A program made the translations under genes and the position numbers. The notes under the pieces were generated by a model. That model was given only the letters and a program-made list of their open reading frames with translations, was not told the DNA's origin and did no database searches. Positions 9,389 through 16,979 of a stretch of DNA of 32,000 nt are shown one piece after another; position 1 is the first letter of the stretch; each line of letters starts with the position of its first letter. This DNA comes from Acaryochloris thomasi RCC1774 (lineage in GTDB: Bacteria; Cyanobacteriota; Cyanobacteriia; Thermosynechococcales; Thermosynechococcaceae), in assembly GCF_003231495.1 (NCBI RefSeq), contig NZ_PQWO01000020.1:1-32000 (forward strand), given 5' to 3'.

Positions 9389-9442
9389 TGGTTTGTAAAC
9401 CTCTTAAGTGATTAAGATATAGGGGGTATTTTTTAGACCCAG

Positions 9443-9901
9443 CTAGGATTGAGCGGAAGTAACAGCGGCATCTACGATGACGGACTGGACGCCTTTAATT
9501 TCTTTCGCTAACACCTCAATTTCGTCATATTGGTCCTGTGTGACAACGGTTCCCTGAACAGTTACGAGGCCATCCTCTGCCTCGATGGTCAGGGCGCTCT
9601 CAGGAAGATTGGCCTCTAGTTTGCTGCGAACTTCACTAGCAATATCAATGTCGGTCCGACCCTCGGCATCGCCATCGTTAAAGGCATTGTTCCGCTGTTC
9701 CCGCGCTCGAATGTCTGCATCAAGCTGCTCACGGCGAATAGCGCTGGTGGCATCTTCGCTGGCCTCTTCCTGCTGCTCAGCACTCAAGGCTGGAGGATTC
9801 TCGTCACCGTCCGGTGCATCTGCGCTAGTCCGCTTCTCTTGGCAGGCGGTTGCTCCTAGGGCTAATGCTGTCCCGAGAAGTGCGATCGCAAGTTTCTTCA
9901 T
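9443..9901 (-). CDS. BON-domain (OsmY-like) lipoprotein
   Basis: From ATG 9901: MKKLAIALLGTALALGATA/C lipobox. C-terminal IASEVRSKLEANLP..LTIEAEDGLVTVQGTVVTQDQYDEIEVLAKEIKGVQSVIV fits the BON domain pattern. Confidence 0.75.
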   Translation of the reverse strand: MKKLAIALLGTALALGATACQEKRTSADAPDGDENPPALSAEQQEEASEDATSAIRREQLDADIRAREQRNNAFNDGDAEGRTDIDIASEVRSKLEANLPESALTIEAEDGLVTVQGTVVTQDQYDEIEVLAKEIKGVQSVIVDAAVTSAQS

Positions 9902-9941
9902 GATCAAATCCTTCGAATATGTGTCGATGTCTGGGGTCGTG

Positions 9942-10517
9942 CTAGTGCGAAACACTCGGCTTGTTAGCAAGCTGGTAAACGCCCCAGCCTTGAATCCCCC
10001 GTCGCGTCAAAATAGCTTCAGCCCGTCGAATGTCTTGCTCGGTACCGTCCACCGTGACTAGGTAATAGCCTTTCTGTACGTAGTCGTCGTAAACTTTGGC
10101 CTGCTCTTCAGGAATGCCCAGCCCAATTAGAGCGCCCGTTAGCCCACCAGCAGCAGCACCGATTGCACCACCCGCCACCGTGGTTGCTAGCGCCGTTGCA
10201 GTGGCCCCAGCCAACATAATCGGCCCCACGCCAGGAATGGCTAATGTTCCTAGGCCAACGAGTAGGCCTGTCAAGGTTCCAGCAGCGCCTCCGGCCGCCG
10301 CACCTGTGGCAGCACCTTCATCTGCTTTGTTGCCGGTATGCTCAGTCACGGTCACATCGGTCTCTGCCAGACGATCATTGAGTCCATCATCTTTAGCAAT
10401 GACCGAGACTTTGTCCATCGGGAACCGATATTCCTTAAGTTCGTGCAGTGCCTGCTCTGTGTCTAGTCGTCGGGCAAACACACCGATGGCCCGCTGGTGT
10501 TCTTCCTTGTTCATCAT
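9942..10517 (-). CDS. YflT-like N-domain / glycine-zipper membrane protein, paralogue 2
   Basis: Collinear with the 5561..6139 product (AIGVFARRLDTEQALHELKEYRFPMDKVSVIAKDD; GPIMLAGATATALATT; YDDYVQKGYYLVTVDG). Start at the ATGATG at 10517 with ggag upstream. The 44-aa track extension has no counterpart in paralogue 1 and is probably not translated. Confidence 0.75.
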   Translation of the reverse strand: MMNKEEHQRAIGVFARRLDTEQALHELKEYRFPMDKVSVIAKDDGLNDRLAETDVTVTEHTGNKADEGAATGAAAGGAAGTLTGLLVGLGTLAIPGVGPIMLAGATATALATTVAGGAIGAAAGGLTGALIGLGIPEEQAKVYDDYVQKGYYLVTVDGTEQDIRRAEAILTRRGIQGWGVYQLANKPSVSH

Positions 10518-10789
10518 TCCTACTCCAGTTAATTGTTGGTGAGGGACGGCTTTTGCGATACACGAAAAGACTCCGCAGACCGCAAAGGCTGCGCAAGAGT
10601 GCATCATTGAAAACCGAAAATATTGACGTCTAGATAGACTCAGCAACTCTAGTCGTTAATACACAATTAACGGTTAGAAAAGCTGGGTGCAGGTGCAGCA
10701 GAGAAACAACTTTCCTGAAGCTGCACGGGATTGACCTTGTGTTCTGCCTATAGTTTATCGAAGGGGAATGTCTGCCGGCTTCCATCCTG

Positions 10790-10831
10790 GGATAGTTTGA
10801 TAACGTAGCGGGGATCGTTCTCAGGATAGAG
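10790..10831. repeat. Intergenic motif copy A: GGATAGTTTGAT-N22-GGATAGAG
   Basis: Read directly. Same block as 12185..12225. A third related half-site, CTATAGTTTATC, lies at 10748..10759. Confidence 0.6.
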
Positions 10832-10856
10832 AGTCTTAAGGAATGCCCCCTGTGCG

Positions 10857-10895
10857 GTTCAATCGAGACTGAGTGGTGAGCTGACTCGATTGAAC
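10857..10895 (-). terminator. 11-bp perfect-stem hairpin downstream of the SDR gene
   Basis: GTTCAATCGAG-N17-CTCGATTGAAC, 27 nt after the stop at 10922. The T-run (acagcttttta) is on the plus-strand side, so the direction of action is uncertain. Confidence 0.5.
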
Positions 10896-10921
10896 ACAGC
10901 TTTTTAAGGACTCTCTAGGGA

Positions 10922-11722
10922 TTATCCCCCCGTCGCAAAGCCTGGATAGAGCGTCATCCCACCGTCAATAAACAGCGTAATGCCATGGATGTATTCTGAA
11001 TCGTCTGATGCCAGCCAAACGGCAGCTTTACCCACATCATTAGGCTCACCGATGCGATTATAGGGAATTAAATTGAGTAGCTTTTCCTTCGCTTCTGGTG
11101 TCTCCCAAGCATCTTTATTGATCGGTGTCTTGATCGCGCCTGGACCGATGCTGTTGACTCGTATTTTGTGGGGTGCTAGCTCTTGGGCCATGCTTTTCAT
11201 CAGCAGCATGACGCCACCTTTAGAGGCTGCATAGTTACAGTGTCCCGCCCAGGGAATCACCTCGTGGACTGAACTCATGCAGATGATTTTGCCCGCCGAA
11301 CAAGATTTCTCTGGAACAACACCGCGCCGAATGAACGCTTTCGCTGCTTCCCGGGCGCAAAGGAACTGTCCGGTGAGGTTGACGCTGAGCACCTTATTCC
11401 AGGCCTCTAGCGTCATTTCGGTAAGGGGCTGATCCTTTTGTAAACCTGCATTGTTGACGAGGATATCGAGGGTGCCAAAGGCTTCGTCGGTTTTGGCAAA
11501 GAGATTCAAGACCTGATCTTCTTGGCTGACGTCGGCTTGAATTGCGATCGCATCTCCCCCATTTCCCTTAATCTCATCAACCACAGCTTCAGCGCCATCA
11601 GCACTACTGGAATAGTTGACCACAACTTTTGCGCCGGCCTGAGCTAAGCAAACCGCCACGCCTGATCCAATCCCAGAACTTCCGCCGGTGACAAGGGCAA
11701 CCTGATCTTGCAAACGCTGCAT
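10922..11722 (-). CDS. SDR-family oxidoreductase, glucose 1-dehydrogenase-like
   Basis: TGGSSGIG cofactor motif, NNAG, and catalytic YAASKGG with downstream PGAIKTPIN. Overall collinear with Bacillus-type glucose 1-dehydrogenase/YdaD-like SDRs. Confidence 0.85.
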   Translation of the reverse strand: MQRLQDQVALVTGGSSGIGSGVAVCLAQAGAKVVVNYSSSADGAEAVVDEIKGNGGDAIAIQADVSQEDQVLNLFAKTDEAFGTLDILVNNAGLQKDQPLTEMTLEAWNKVLSVNLTGQFLCAREAAKAFIRRGVVPEKSCSAGKIICMSSVHEVIPWAGHCNYAASKGGVMLLMKSMAQELAPHKIRVNSIGPGAIKTPINKDAWETPEAKEKLLNLIPYNRIGEPNDVGKAAVWLASDDSEYIHGITLFIDGGMTLYPGFATGG

Positions 11723-11828
11723 ACGAATCTCCAGATAATGACAGTCACATTAAGCACAGCCTAAAACCGTTGGCCATAGATTTTCATGGATTTAGCCCTC
11801 GCCAAGCATTAGGACATTCCATGAAGAA

Positions 11829-11862
11829 CCCCATGCAGACAAGCTGATTATCCTGCATGGGG
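11829..11862 (-). terminator. 10-bp perfect-stem hairpin downstream of the csbD-like gene
   Basis: CCCCATGCAG-N14-CTGCATGGGG, 60 nt after the stop at 11923. On the minus strand it is followed by TTCTTCAT. Confidence 0.5.
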
Positions 11863-11922
11863 CACTGATTTGTTAGAGCAGAGAAAACCAACCTTAAGAT
11901 GATTTCTCCATTGACTTAAAAA

Positions 11923-12105
11923 CTAGTCAATTGCGTCTTTGACGCCATCCTTGACATCTTCTCCGGCGTGGCGAGCGGAAGCTTCAGTTTGCTTTGCTTT
12001 ACCTGCCGCTTGGTCTCCTTTGTCACCGGTTACATTGCCGAGAGCTTCCTGTGCTTTGCCCTCAACATTTTTGGCTGTAGCTTTGGCGCGATCTTCAAGA
12101 CCCAT
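11923..12105 (-). CDS. CsbD-family stress-response protein
   Basis: The 60-aa MGLEDRAKATAKNVEGKAQEALGNVTGDKGDQAAGKAKQ.. sequence is the canonical CsbD-like repeat pattern. Confidence 0.85.
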   Translation of the reverse strand: MGLEDRAKATAKNVEGKAQEALGNVTGDKGDQAAGKAKQTEASARHAGEDVKDGVKDAID

Positions 12106-12184
12106 GATGATTACCTCTATTGCGAATTAACTTGTGTGTTATTTGCACTGTACTGAGGTTTACCCAGGCTGAGGCTCTACCGCA

Positions 12185-12225
12185 GGATAGTTTGATCAGA
12201 CTCGGGAGTCTGCCTTTGGATAGAG
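12185..12225. repeat. Intergenic motif copy B: GGATAGTTTGAT-N21-GGATAGAG
   Basis: Read directly. The spacer contains a perfect 7-bp inverted repeat CAGACTC-GG-GAGTCTG. It lies in the csbD / tal-pgi divergent region. Confidence 0.6.
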
Positions 12226-12337
12226 TTCTCAAAAAGGCCGCAGTAATGTAGCTTTACGAACCCGAGTCACTTTAAAAAAGTACTTTCGTCAGGCAATGGG
12301 TGTAACGTCTGCGGCCTATCGTTCTCAGCATCGTTAA
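12226..12337 (+). pseudogene. Decayed C-terminal fragment of an AraC-family HTH regulator
   Basis: Translation FSKRPQ*CSFTNPSHFKK, then a +1 shift in the A6 run at 12274-12279, then YFRQAMGVTSAAYRSQHR*. This matches the end of AraC HTH2 (..IAxxCGFxNxSHFxKxFRxxxGxTPxxYR) but carries an in-frame stop and a frameshift. Confidence 0.4.
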
Positions 12338-12468
12338 CGCAAAGAACCAGTGCAAGATCGTCATAGTTCTTGCAGGAATGTAAAAGATTCTCTGGGGTGA
12401 TCTCGATAGTCTGTTGTCAACTTGATGGTGTCGGTGCGGTTGCCTTTACCCCCTTCTCGGAGACATGA

Positions 12469-15351
12469 ATGAGCTTATTACAGACGCCTCAGAAAAATGC
12501 GTTGCAGAACCTTCAGCACTACGGCCAATCTGTCTGGCTAGACTACATTCGCCGCTGCTCTATTGAAGGCGGTGAGCTACAGCAATTAGTAGATGAAGAA
12601 ATTCAGGGGGTAACGTCCAACCCTGCAATTTTCCAGAAAGCGATCGCAGGCAGTACCGACTACGATGCAGCCCTCTCGGCCCTGGAGCGAGACCATGATC
12701 AGGATGCGATCACGCTCTACGAACAGCTTGCCATTGCTGATATCCAAGCGGCAGCCGATATTCTGCGCCCTCTCTATAACCGCACGAATCAGCAAGATGG
12801 TTACGTTAGCCTAGAGGTTTCTCCCTATTTAGCCAATGACTCAGAGCAGAGTCTGATTGAGGCGCAGCGGCTCTGGCAGGCGGTCAATCGGCCAAATCTG
12901 ATGATCAAGGTACCGGCCACGCCTGCGGGAATTCCGGTGATTCAGCAGCTAATCAGTCAGGGAATTAACGTTAATGTGACCCTATTGTTTTCCCGAGCGG
13001 CTTACCTGGAGGTGGCGGAAGCTTATCTTTCTGGCTTAGAGGAATATGTGTCTCAGGGAGGCAGTCCGGGGCACGTGGCGAGCGTCGCGAGTTTCTTTAT
13101 CAGCCGCATCGATAGTGCTGTTGATGGCCAAGTTGCAGAGCGATTGAAGATCGCCGTGCAGGAGTCTGATGCGGAAGCGGTGGCTTTACTGCAGGGGCTG
13201 TTGGGGAAGGTTGCGATCGCAAATGCCAAACTTGTCTACCAAGACTATCTGCGGCTTTGTGAAAGCGAACGCTGGCAAGCATTAAAGGCCCAAGGCGCAC
13301 AGCCCCAGCGTCTCCTATGGGCCAGCACTGGAACGAAAAACCCTCAGTATCGGGACACGCTCTACGTCGAAGAATTAATCGGCCCTGAAACCGTCAACAC
13401 AATCCCGCCCAGTACGCTGGCCGCGTTTCGAGATCATGGGGAACCCCGGCCTAGCCTCACGGAAGCGGTGGAACAGACTGAAATTGTCATGTCGAGCTTG
13501 TCCCAAGTGGGGATTGTCTTTGAAGACATTACCGACCAGCTCTTAGGTCAAGGCGTTCAGCTCTTTCAGCAGGCCTTTGACCAACTGCTGAGTGCAGTGG
13601 AACACAAGCGTGAAGCCCAGCTTGGGAAAGCCCTCAATCGCCAGACTTACACGCTACCGGCAACGCTTTCGGCCCAGGTTCAAGCTACGCTACAGGGCTG
13701 GCAGGACAAAGGGAAAGTGCGACAGCTATGGGCAATGGACTCAACCCTATGGACGGGTGCAGATGAGAGTCAATGGCTGGGCTGGCTGGGCACCACAGAA
13801 GACCAGCTTGCTCATCTCAATGACCTCACCCAACTAGCACAGGAGGTCAAAGATCTAGCGCTAACCCACGTTTTGCTATTAGGTATGGGGGGATCGTCTC
13901 TCTGCCCAGAGGTGATGAAGTTGACCTTTGGGCAAGCAGAGGGCTATCCAGAACTGCTGGTGTTGGACTCCACCGATCCGGCTCAGGTGCAGGCCATCAC
14001 CCAGCAGATCGATTTGAAGCGGACGCTGTTCATTGTGTCTAGCAAGTCCGGCAGCACGCTGGAGCCGAACATTTTTCAGCAGTACTTTTTCGATTTAGTC
14101 CAGAAAGAGATGGGGGCTGAGGTCGCTGGCTCTCGCTTTATCGCCGTCACCGATCCTGGCTCCAAGCTACAGGAGGTTGCTCACAAAAACCGCTTCCGGC
14201 ACTACTTTTTTGGGATCCCGAGTATTGGCGGGCGCTACTCCGCGCTGTCCAACTTCGGCATGGTGCCCGCTGCCTGTCTAGGAATTGATGTCGCTCATTT
14301 CTTAGATTCCGCAGAGGAAATGGTACATTCCTGCGCTGCTTCGGTTCCTGCAATAGATAATCCAGGGGTGGTGCTGGGCATCATTCTGGGCAAGGCAGCC
14401 CAACAGGGACGGGATAAACTAACGCTGATTGCGTCACCCGGTATTGCTGATATTGGCGCTTGGTTAGAGCAGCTGTTGGCAGAGTCCACCGGCAAAGAAG
14501 GCTGTGGCATTATTCCTGTGGATCAGGAGCCGCTAGGTCCGCCTCTGAACTATGGAGCCGATCGCATTTTTGCCTACATCCGTTTAGAGGCGGCCCCCGA
14601 TCCGGCACAGGATAAAGCGGTCGCAGCCCTAGAAGCAGCGGGACAGCCCGTCATCCAGATTCAAGTCACGGATGCCTATCAGCTGGGTCAAGAATTTTTC
14701 CGTTGGGAGATGGCCACTGCGGTTGCTGGATCGGTTCTGGGGATTCACGCCTTTAACCAACCAGACGTAGAAGCAAGTAAGATTGCGACGCGCCAGCTCA
14801 CTGATGCCTATGAAGAAACGGGGGAACTCTTAGTAGAGACGCCCCTGTTCCAAGAGGGAGGGCTACAGCTCTTTACTGATGTCGAGAATGCGGCTGCGCT
14901 GACGGGAATTGCTGGAACTCTGTCACTGTGCGGCTTTCTGAAAGCGCACCTGAAGCGTCTGCGGGCCAATGATTACTTTGCCCTGCTGGCCTATATTCAG
15001 ATGAATAAAGCTCACCAGCAGCAGCTTCAGGGCATCAGAAAAGCAATTTGCGATCGCAAGCAGGTCGCCACCTGTCTGGGCTTTGGTCCTCGCTTTCTCC
15101 ACTCCACCGGCCAGGCTTACAAAGGCGGTCCCAATTCTGGCGTCTTTCTGCAAATCACCTGCGAAGACGAGCGAGATGTCCCCATCCCTGGCCATCGCTA
15201 CAGTTTTGGGGTGGTCAAAGCCGCCCAAGCCCGTGGAGACTTTCAGGTCCTGGCCAAACGCAAACGACGGGTTCTGCGCGTCCATTTAGGGACGGATGTA
15301 GAGGTTGGTCTCAGAACTCTGCGCGTTGCTATTCAGGGTGCACTGCCGTAA
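12469..15351 (+). CDS. Bifunctional transaldolase / glucose-6-phosphate isomerase
   Basis: 960 aa. The N-terminal ~380 aa is a long-form transaldolase (GQSVWLDYIRR..VTSNPAIF..IKVPAT). The C-terminal half is PGI (LLLGMGGSSL, VSSKSGSTLEP, GGRYSALS). This is a known fused architecture. Confidence 0.9.
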   Translation: MSLLQTPQKNALQNLQHYGQSVWLDYIRRCSIEGGELQQLVDEEIQGVTSNPAIFQKAIAGSTDYDAALSALERDHDQDAITLYEQLAIADIQAAADILRPLYNRTNQQDGYVSLEVSPYLANDSEQSLIEAQRLWQAVNRPNLMIKVPATPAGIPVIQQLISQGINVNVTLLFSRAAYLEVAEAYLSGLEEYVSQGGSPGHVASVASFFISRIDSAVDGQVAERLKIAVQESDAEAVALLQGLLGKVAIANAKLVYQDYLRLCESERWQALKAQGAQPQRLLWASTGTKNPQYRDTLYVEELIGPETVNTIPPSTLAAFRDHGEPRPSLTEAVEQTEIVMSSLSQVGIVFEDITDQLLGQGVQLFQQAFDQLLSAVEHKREAQLGKALNRQTYTLPATLSAQVQATLQGWQDKGKVRQLWAMDSTLWTGADESQWLGWLGTTEDQLAHLNDLTQLAQEVKDLALTHVLLLGMGGSSLCPEVMKLTFGQAEGYPELLVLDSTDPAQVQAITQQIDLKRTLFIVSSKSGSTLEPNIFQQYFFDLVQKEMGAEVAGSRFIAVTDPGSKLQEVAHKNRFRHYFFGIPSIGGRYSALSNFGMVPAACLGIDVAHFLDSAEEMVHSCAASVPAIDNPGVVLGIILGKAAQQGRDKLTLIASPGIADIGAWLEQLLAESTGKEGCGIIPVDQEPLGPPLNYGADRIFAYIRLEAAPDPAQDKAVAALEAAGQPVIQIQVTDAYQLGQEFFRWEMATAVAGSVLGIHAFNQPDVEASKIATRQLTDAYEETGELLVETPLFQEGGLQLFTDVENAAALTGIAGTLSLCGFLKAHLKRLRANDYFALLAYIQMNKAHQQQLQGIRKAICDRKQVATCLGFGPRFLHSTGQAYKGGPNSGVFLQITCEDERDVPIPGHRYSFGVVKAAQARGDFQVLAKRKRRVLRVHLGTDVEVGLRTLRVAIQGALP

Positions 15352-15362
15352 CGAAGTAAAAC

Positions 15363-16367
15363 ATGAATAATCTAACAACCACGTTTAACGCTCATCTGTG
15401 GCGACAGCATCGTTTGTCAAAACAGCCGATTGAGATCTCGATTTTGCTGACCCAGATGGGGTTCGCCGCCAAGGTACTGTCTCGGGAAATCAGCCGGGCA
15501 GCTCTAGTGGGGCGGCTAGGACTCGTTGGTGAAAAGAACGCCACGGGTGATGCTCAAAAGAAGCTGGATGTGTTCAGTAATCAGGTCGTCGTAGAAGCCT
15601 TCTCCGATATCGGCTTGGTAGCTGCGATCGCATCTGAAGAACTCGACCAGGTGCAGCTCATTGAGTGTGGCCAAGATGCCCAGTATATTCTCTGTACCGA
15701 TCCGCTGGATGGCTCCTCTAACATCGACACCGGCAGCGCTGTGGGTACGATCTTCGGCATCTATCGCCGCAGCAGCACCGGCTACTGCAGTACCGAGGCT
15801 GATGCTCTGCAGCCAGGGACTGAGCTGGTCGCAGCGGGCTATGTTCTCTACGGCACCAGCACGATGCTGGTGTACACCACCGGCGACCAGGTAGACGGTT
15901 TCACCCTCGACCCCACGTTAGGAGAATTTCTGCTCTCCCATGAAAATATTCGCTGCCCCGATCAGGGTAAAACCTACAGTGCCAACCTGAGCTACTACCA
16001 AGAGTGGCATCCTCATTTGCAAAAGCTTGTTGATTACTTGGGTGATCACAAGTCCACAAGCCATGCCGCTCACACGCTGAGATACAGCGGGGCATTGGTG
16101 GCCGATGTCCATCGCTGTCTGCTGGAGGGGGGACTGTACTTTTATCCTTCCACGGAAGAACAGCCTTTGGGCAAGCTGCGATTGCTCTATGAGTGTGCGC
16201 CGCTTGCGTTTGTCGTAGAGCAGGCAGGTGGACTAGCGACCTCAGGTACAGAGCGAATTATGGATATTGAGGTGACCTCTATTCATCAGCGATCGCCGTT
16301 AGCGATTGGGAGTGCAGCGGCGGTCAAGCTTTACGAAAACTTTTTAGAGCAGGGGATGCCGACATGA
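15363..16367 (+). CDS. fbp: Class 1 fructose-1,6-bisphosphatase
   Basis: 334 aa with DPLDGSSNID, GKLRLLYECAP and the LRYSGALVADVHR motifs of class 1 FBPase. It starts 11 nt after the tal-pgi stop. Confidence 0.9.
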   Translation: MNNLTTTFNAHLWRQHRLSKQPIEISILLTQMGFAAKVLSREISRAALVGRLGLVGEKNATGDAQKKLDVFSNQVVVEAFSDIGLVAAIASEELDQVQLIECGQDAQYILCTDPLDGSSNIDTGSAVGTIFGIYRRSSTGYCSTEADALQPGTELVAAGYVLYGTSTMLVYTTGDQVDGFTLDPTLGEFLLSHENIRCPDQGKTYSANLSYYQEWHPHLQKLVDYLGDHKSTSHAAHTLRYSGALVADVHRCLLEGGLYFYPSTEEQPLGKLRLLYECAPLAFVVEQAGGLATSGTERIMDIEVTSIHQRSPLAIGSAAAVKLYENFLEQGMPT

Positions 16368-16810
16368 TGACCTTGAAGTCTTGGAGCGTTTGTTGGGGCG
16401 TTGCGATTAGTTCTGTGCTGCTCTTTCCTTCGATAAGCCGTGCTGATGTCGTGGCGTTTTTGAATGGGGCAACCGTTATTGAATCAACGAGCTTTAAGGG
16501 TGAGAGCGATCATACCGTCTCGGGCAAAGTGGATATTGTCAAAAAGGATGAGGTTTACTACGTGGTGCTGGGGGAAGACTTCTCTTTTGATGGTGCGCCG
16601 GATCCGCGACTCGGTTTTTCTCAGGAAGATATCTTTCTACCCATGAGCGTATTCTCTAGTCTGAACCTTGATAGCGGCCAGCAAATTTACCGTCTTCCTG
16701 CAACGCTGACTATCAATAACTATGATGAAATTACGATCTGGTGTGAGAAATTTCGCGTTCCCTTGGCAGAGGCCAAGTTTGAAGTCCGAGAAGAGGCGCA
16801 ATCGCCCTGA
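16364..16810 (+). CDS. Secreted DM13-domain protein
   Basis: Signal peptide (..LLFPSISRA/DVV). SGKVDIVKK..YYVVLGEDFSFDGAPDPRL..GQQIYRLP..YDEITIWCEKFRVPLAEAKF fits the DM13 pattern. Its start overlaps the fbp stop (ATGA at 16364-16367). Confidence 0.6.
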   Translation: MMTLKSWSVCWGVAISSVLLFPSISRADVVAFLNGATVIESTSFKGESDHTVSGKVDIVKKDEVYYVVLGEDFSFDGAPDPRLGFSQEDIFLPMSVFSSLNLDSGQQIYRLPATLTINNYDEITIWCEKFRVPLAEAKFEVREEAQSP

Positions 16811-16979
16811 TTCTCGCCGCCCATTTGAGAGAATGCTTACTTTCCTTTCCCCATGCGGGGAGAGGGTCTGAGGGCAGGGGCTGTAAAGATTGAGGTGTTG
16901 GCCGTACTTTTTAAGCGGCCAGTGCATGTTTTGGTCTCTATTCCCCAACCCTAAAATCTGATATCTGAGGAGAGTTACG

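Noticed and set aside
10096-10542. Long antisense or alternate-frame ORFs inside confident genes (e.g. 311..673, 1750..2067, 4536..4861, 7485..7745, 9585..10061, 10096..10542, 14923..15285, 25104..25553, 26080..26541, 28762..29179)
   Set aside because: Each lies fully within a gene that has strong family motifs on the other strand or in another frame. Their translations are low-complexity (Ala/Pro/Arg/Ser-rich) mirror images of GC-rich coding sequence.
12244-12258. Second NtcA-like site GTAatgtagcttTAC
   Set aside because: The spacing is N9 rather than the canonical N8, and it lies inside the AraC remnant.
16849-16881. G-rich segment ccccatgcggggagagggtctgagggcagggg, resembling short dispersed cyanobacterial intergenic repeats
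   Set aside because: There is only one copy in this window, so I cannot show it is repetitive. A genome-wide search would be needed.
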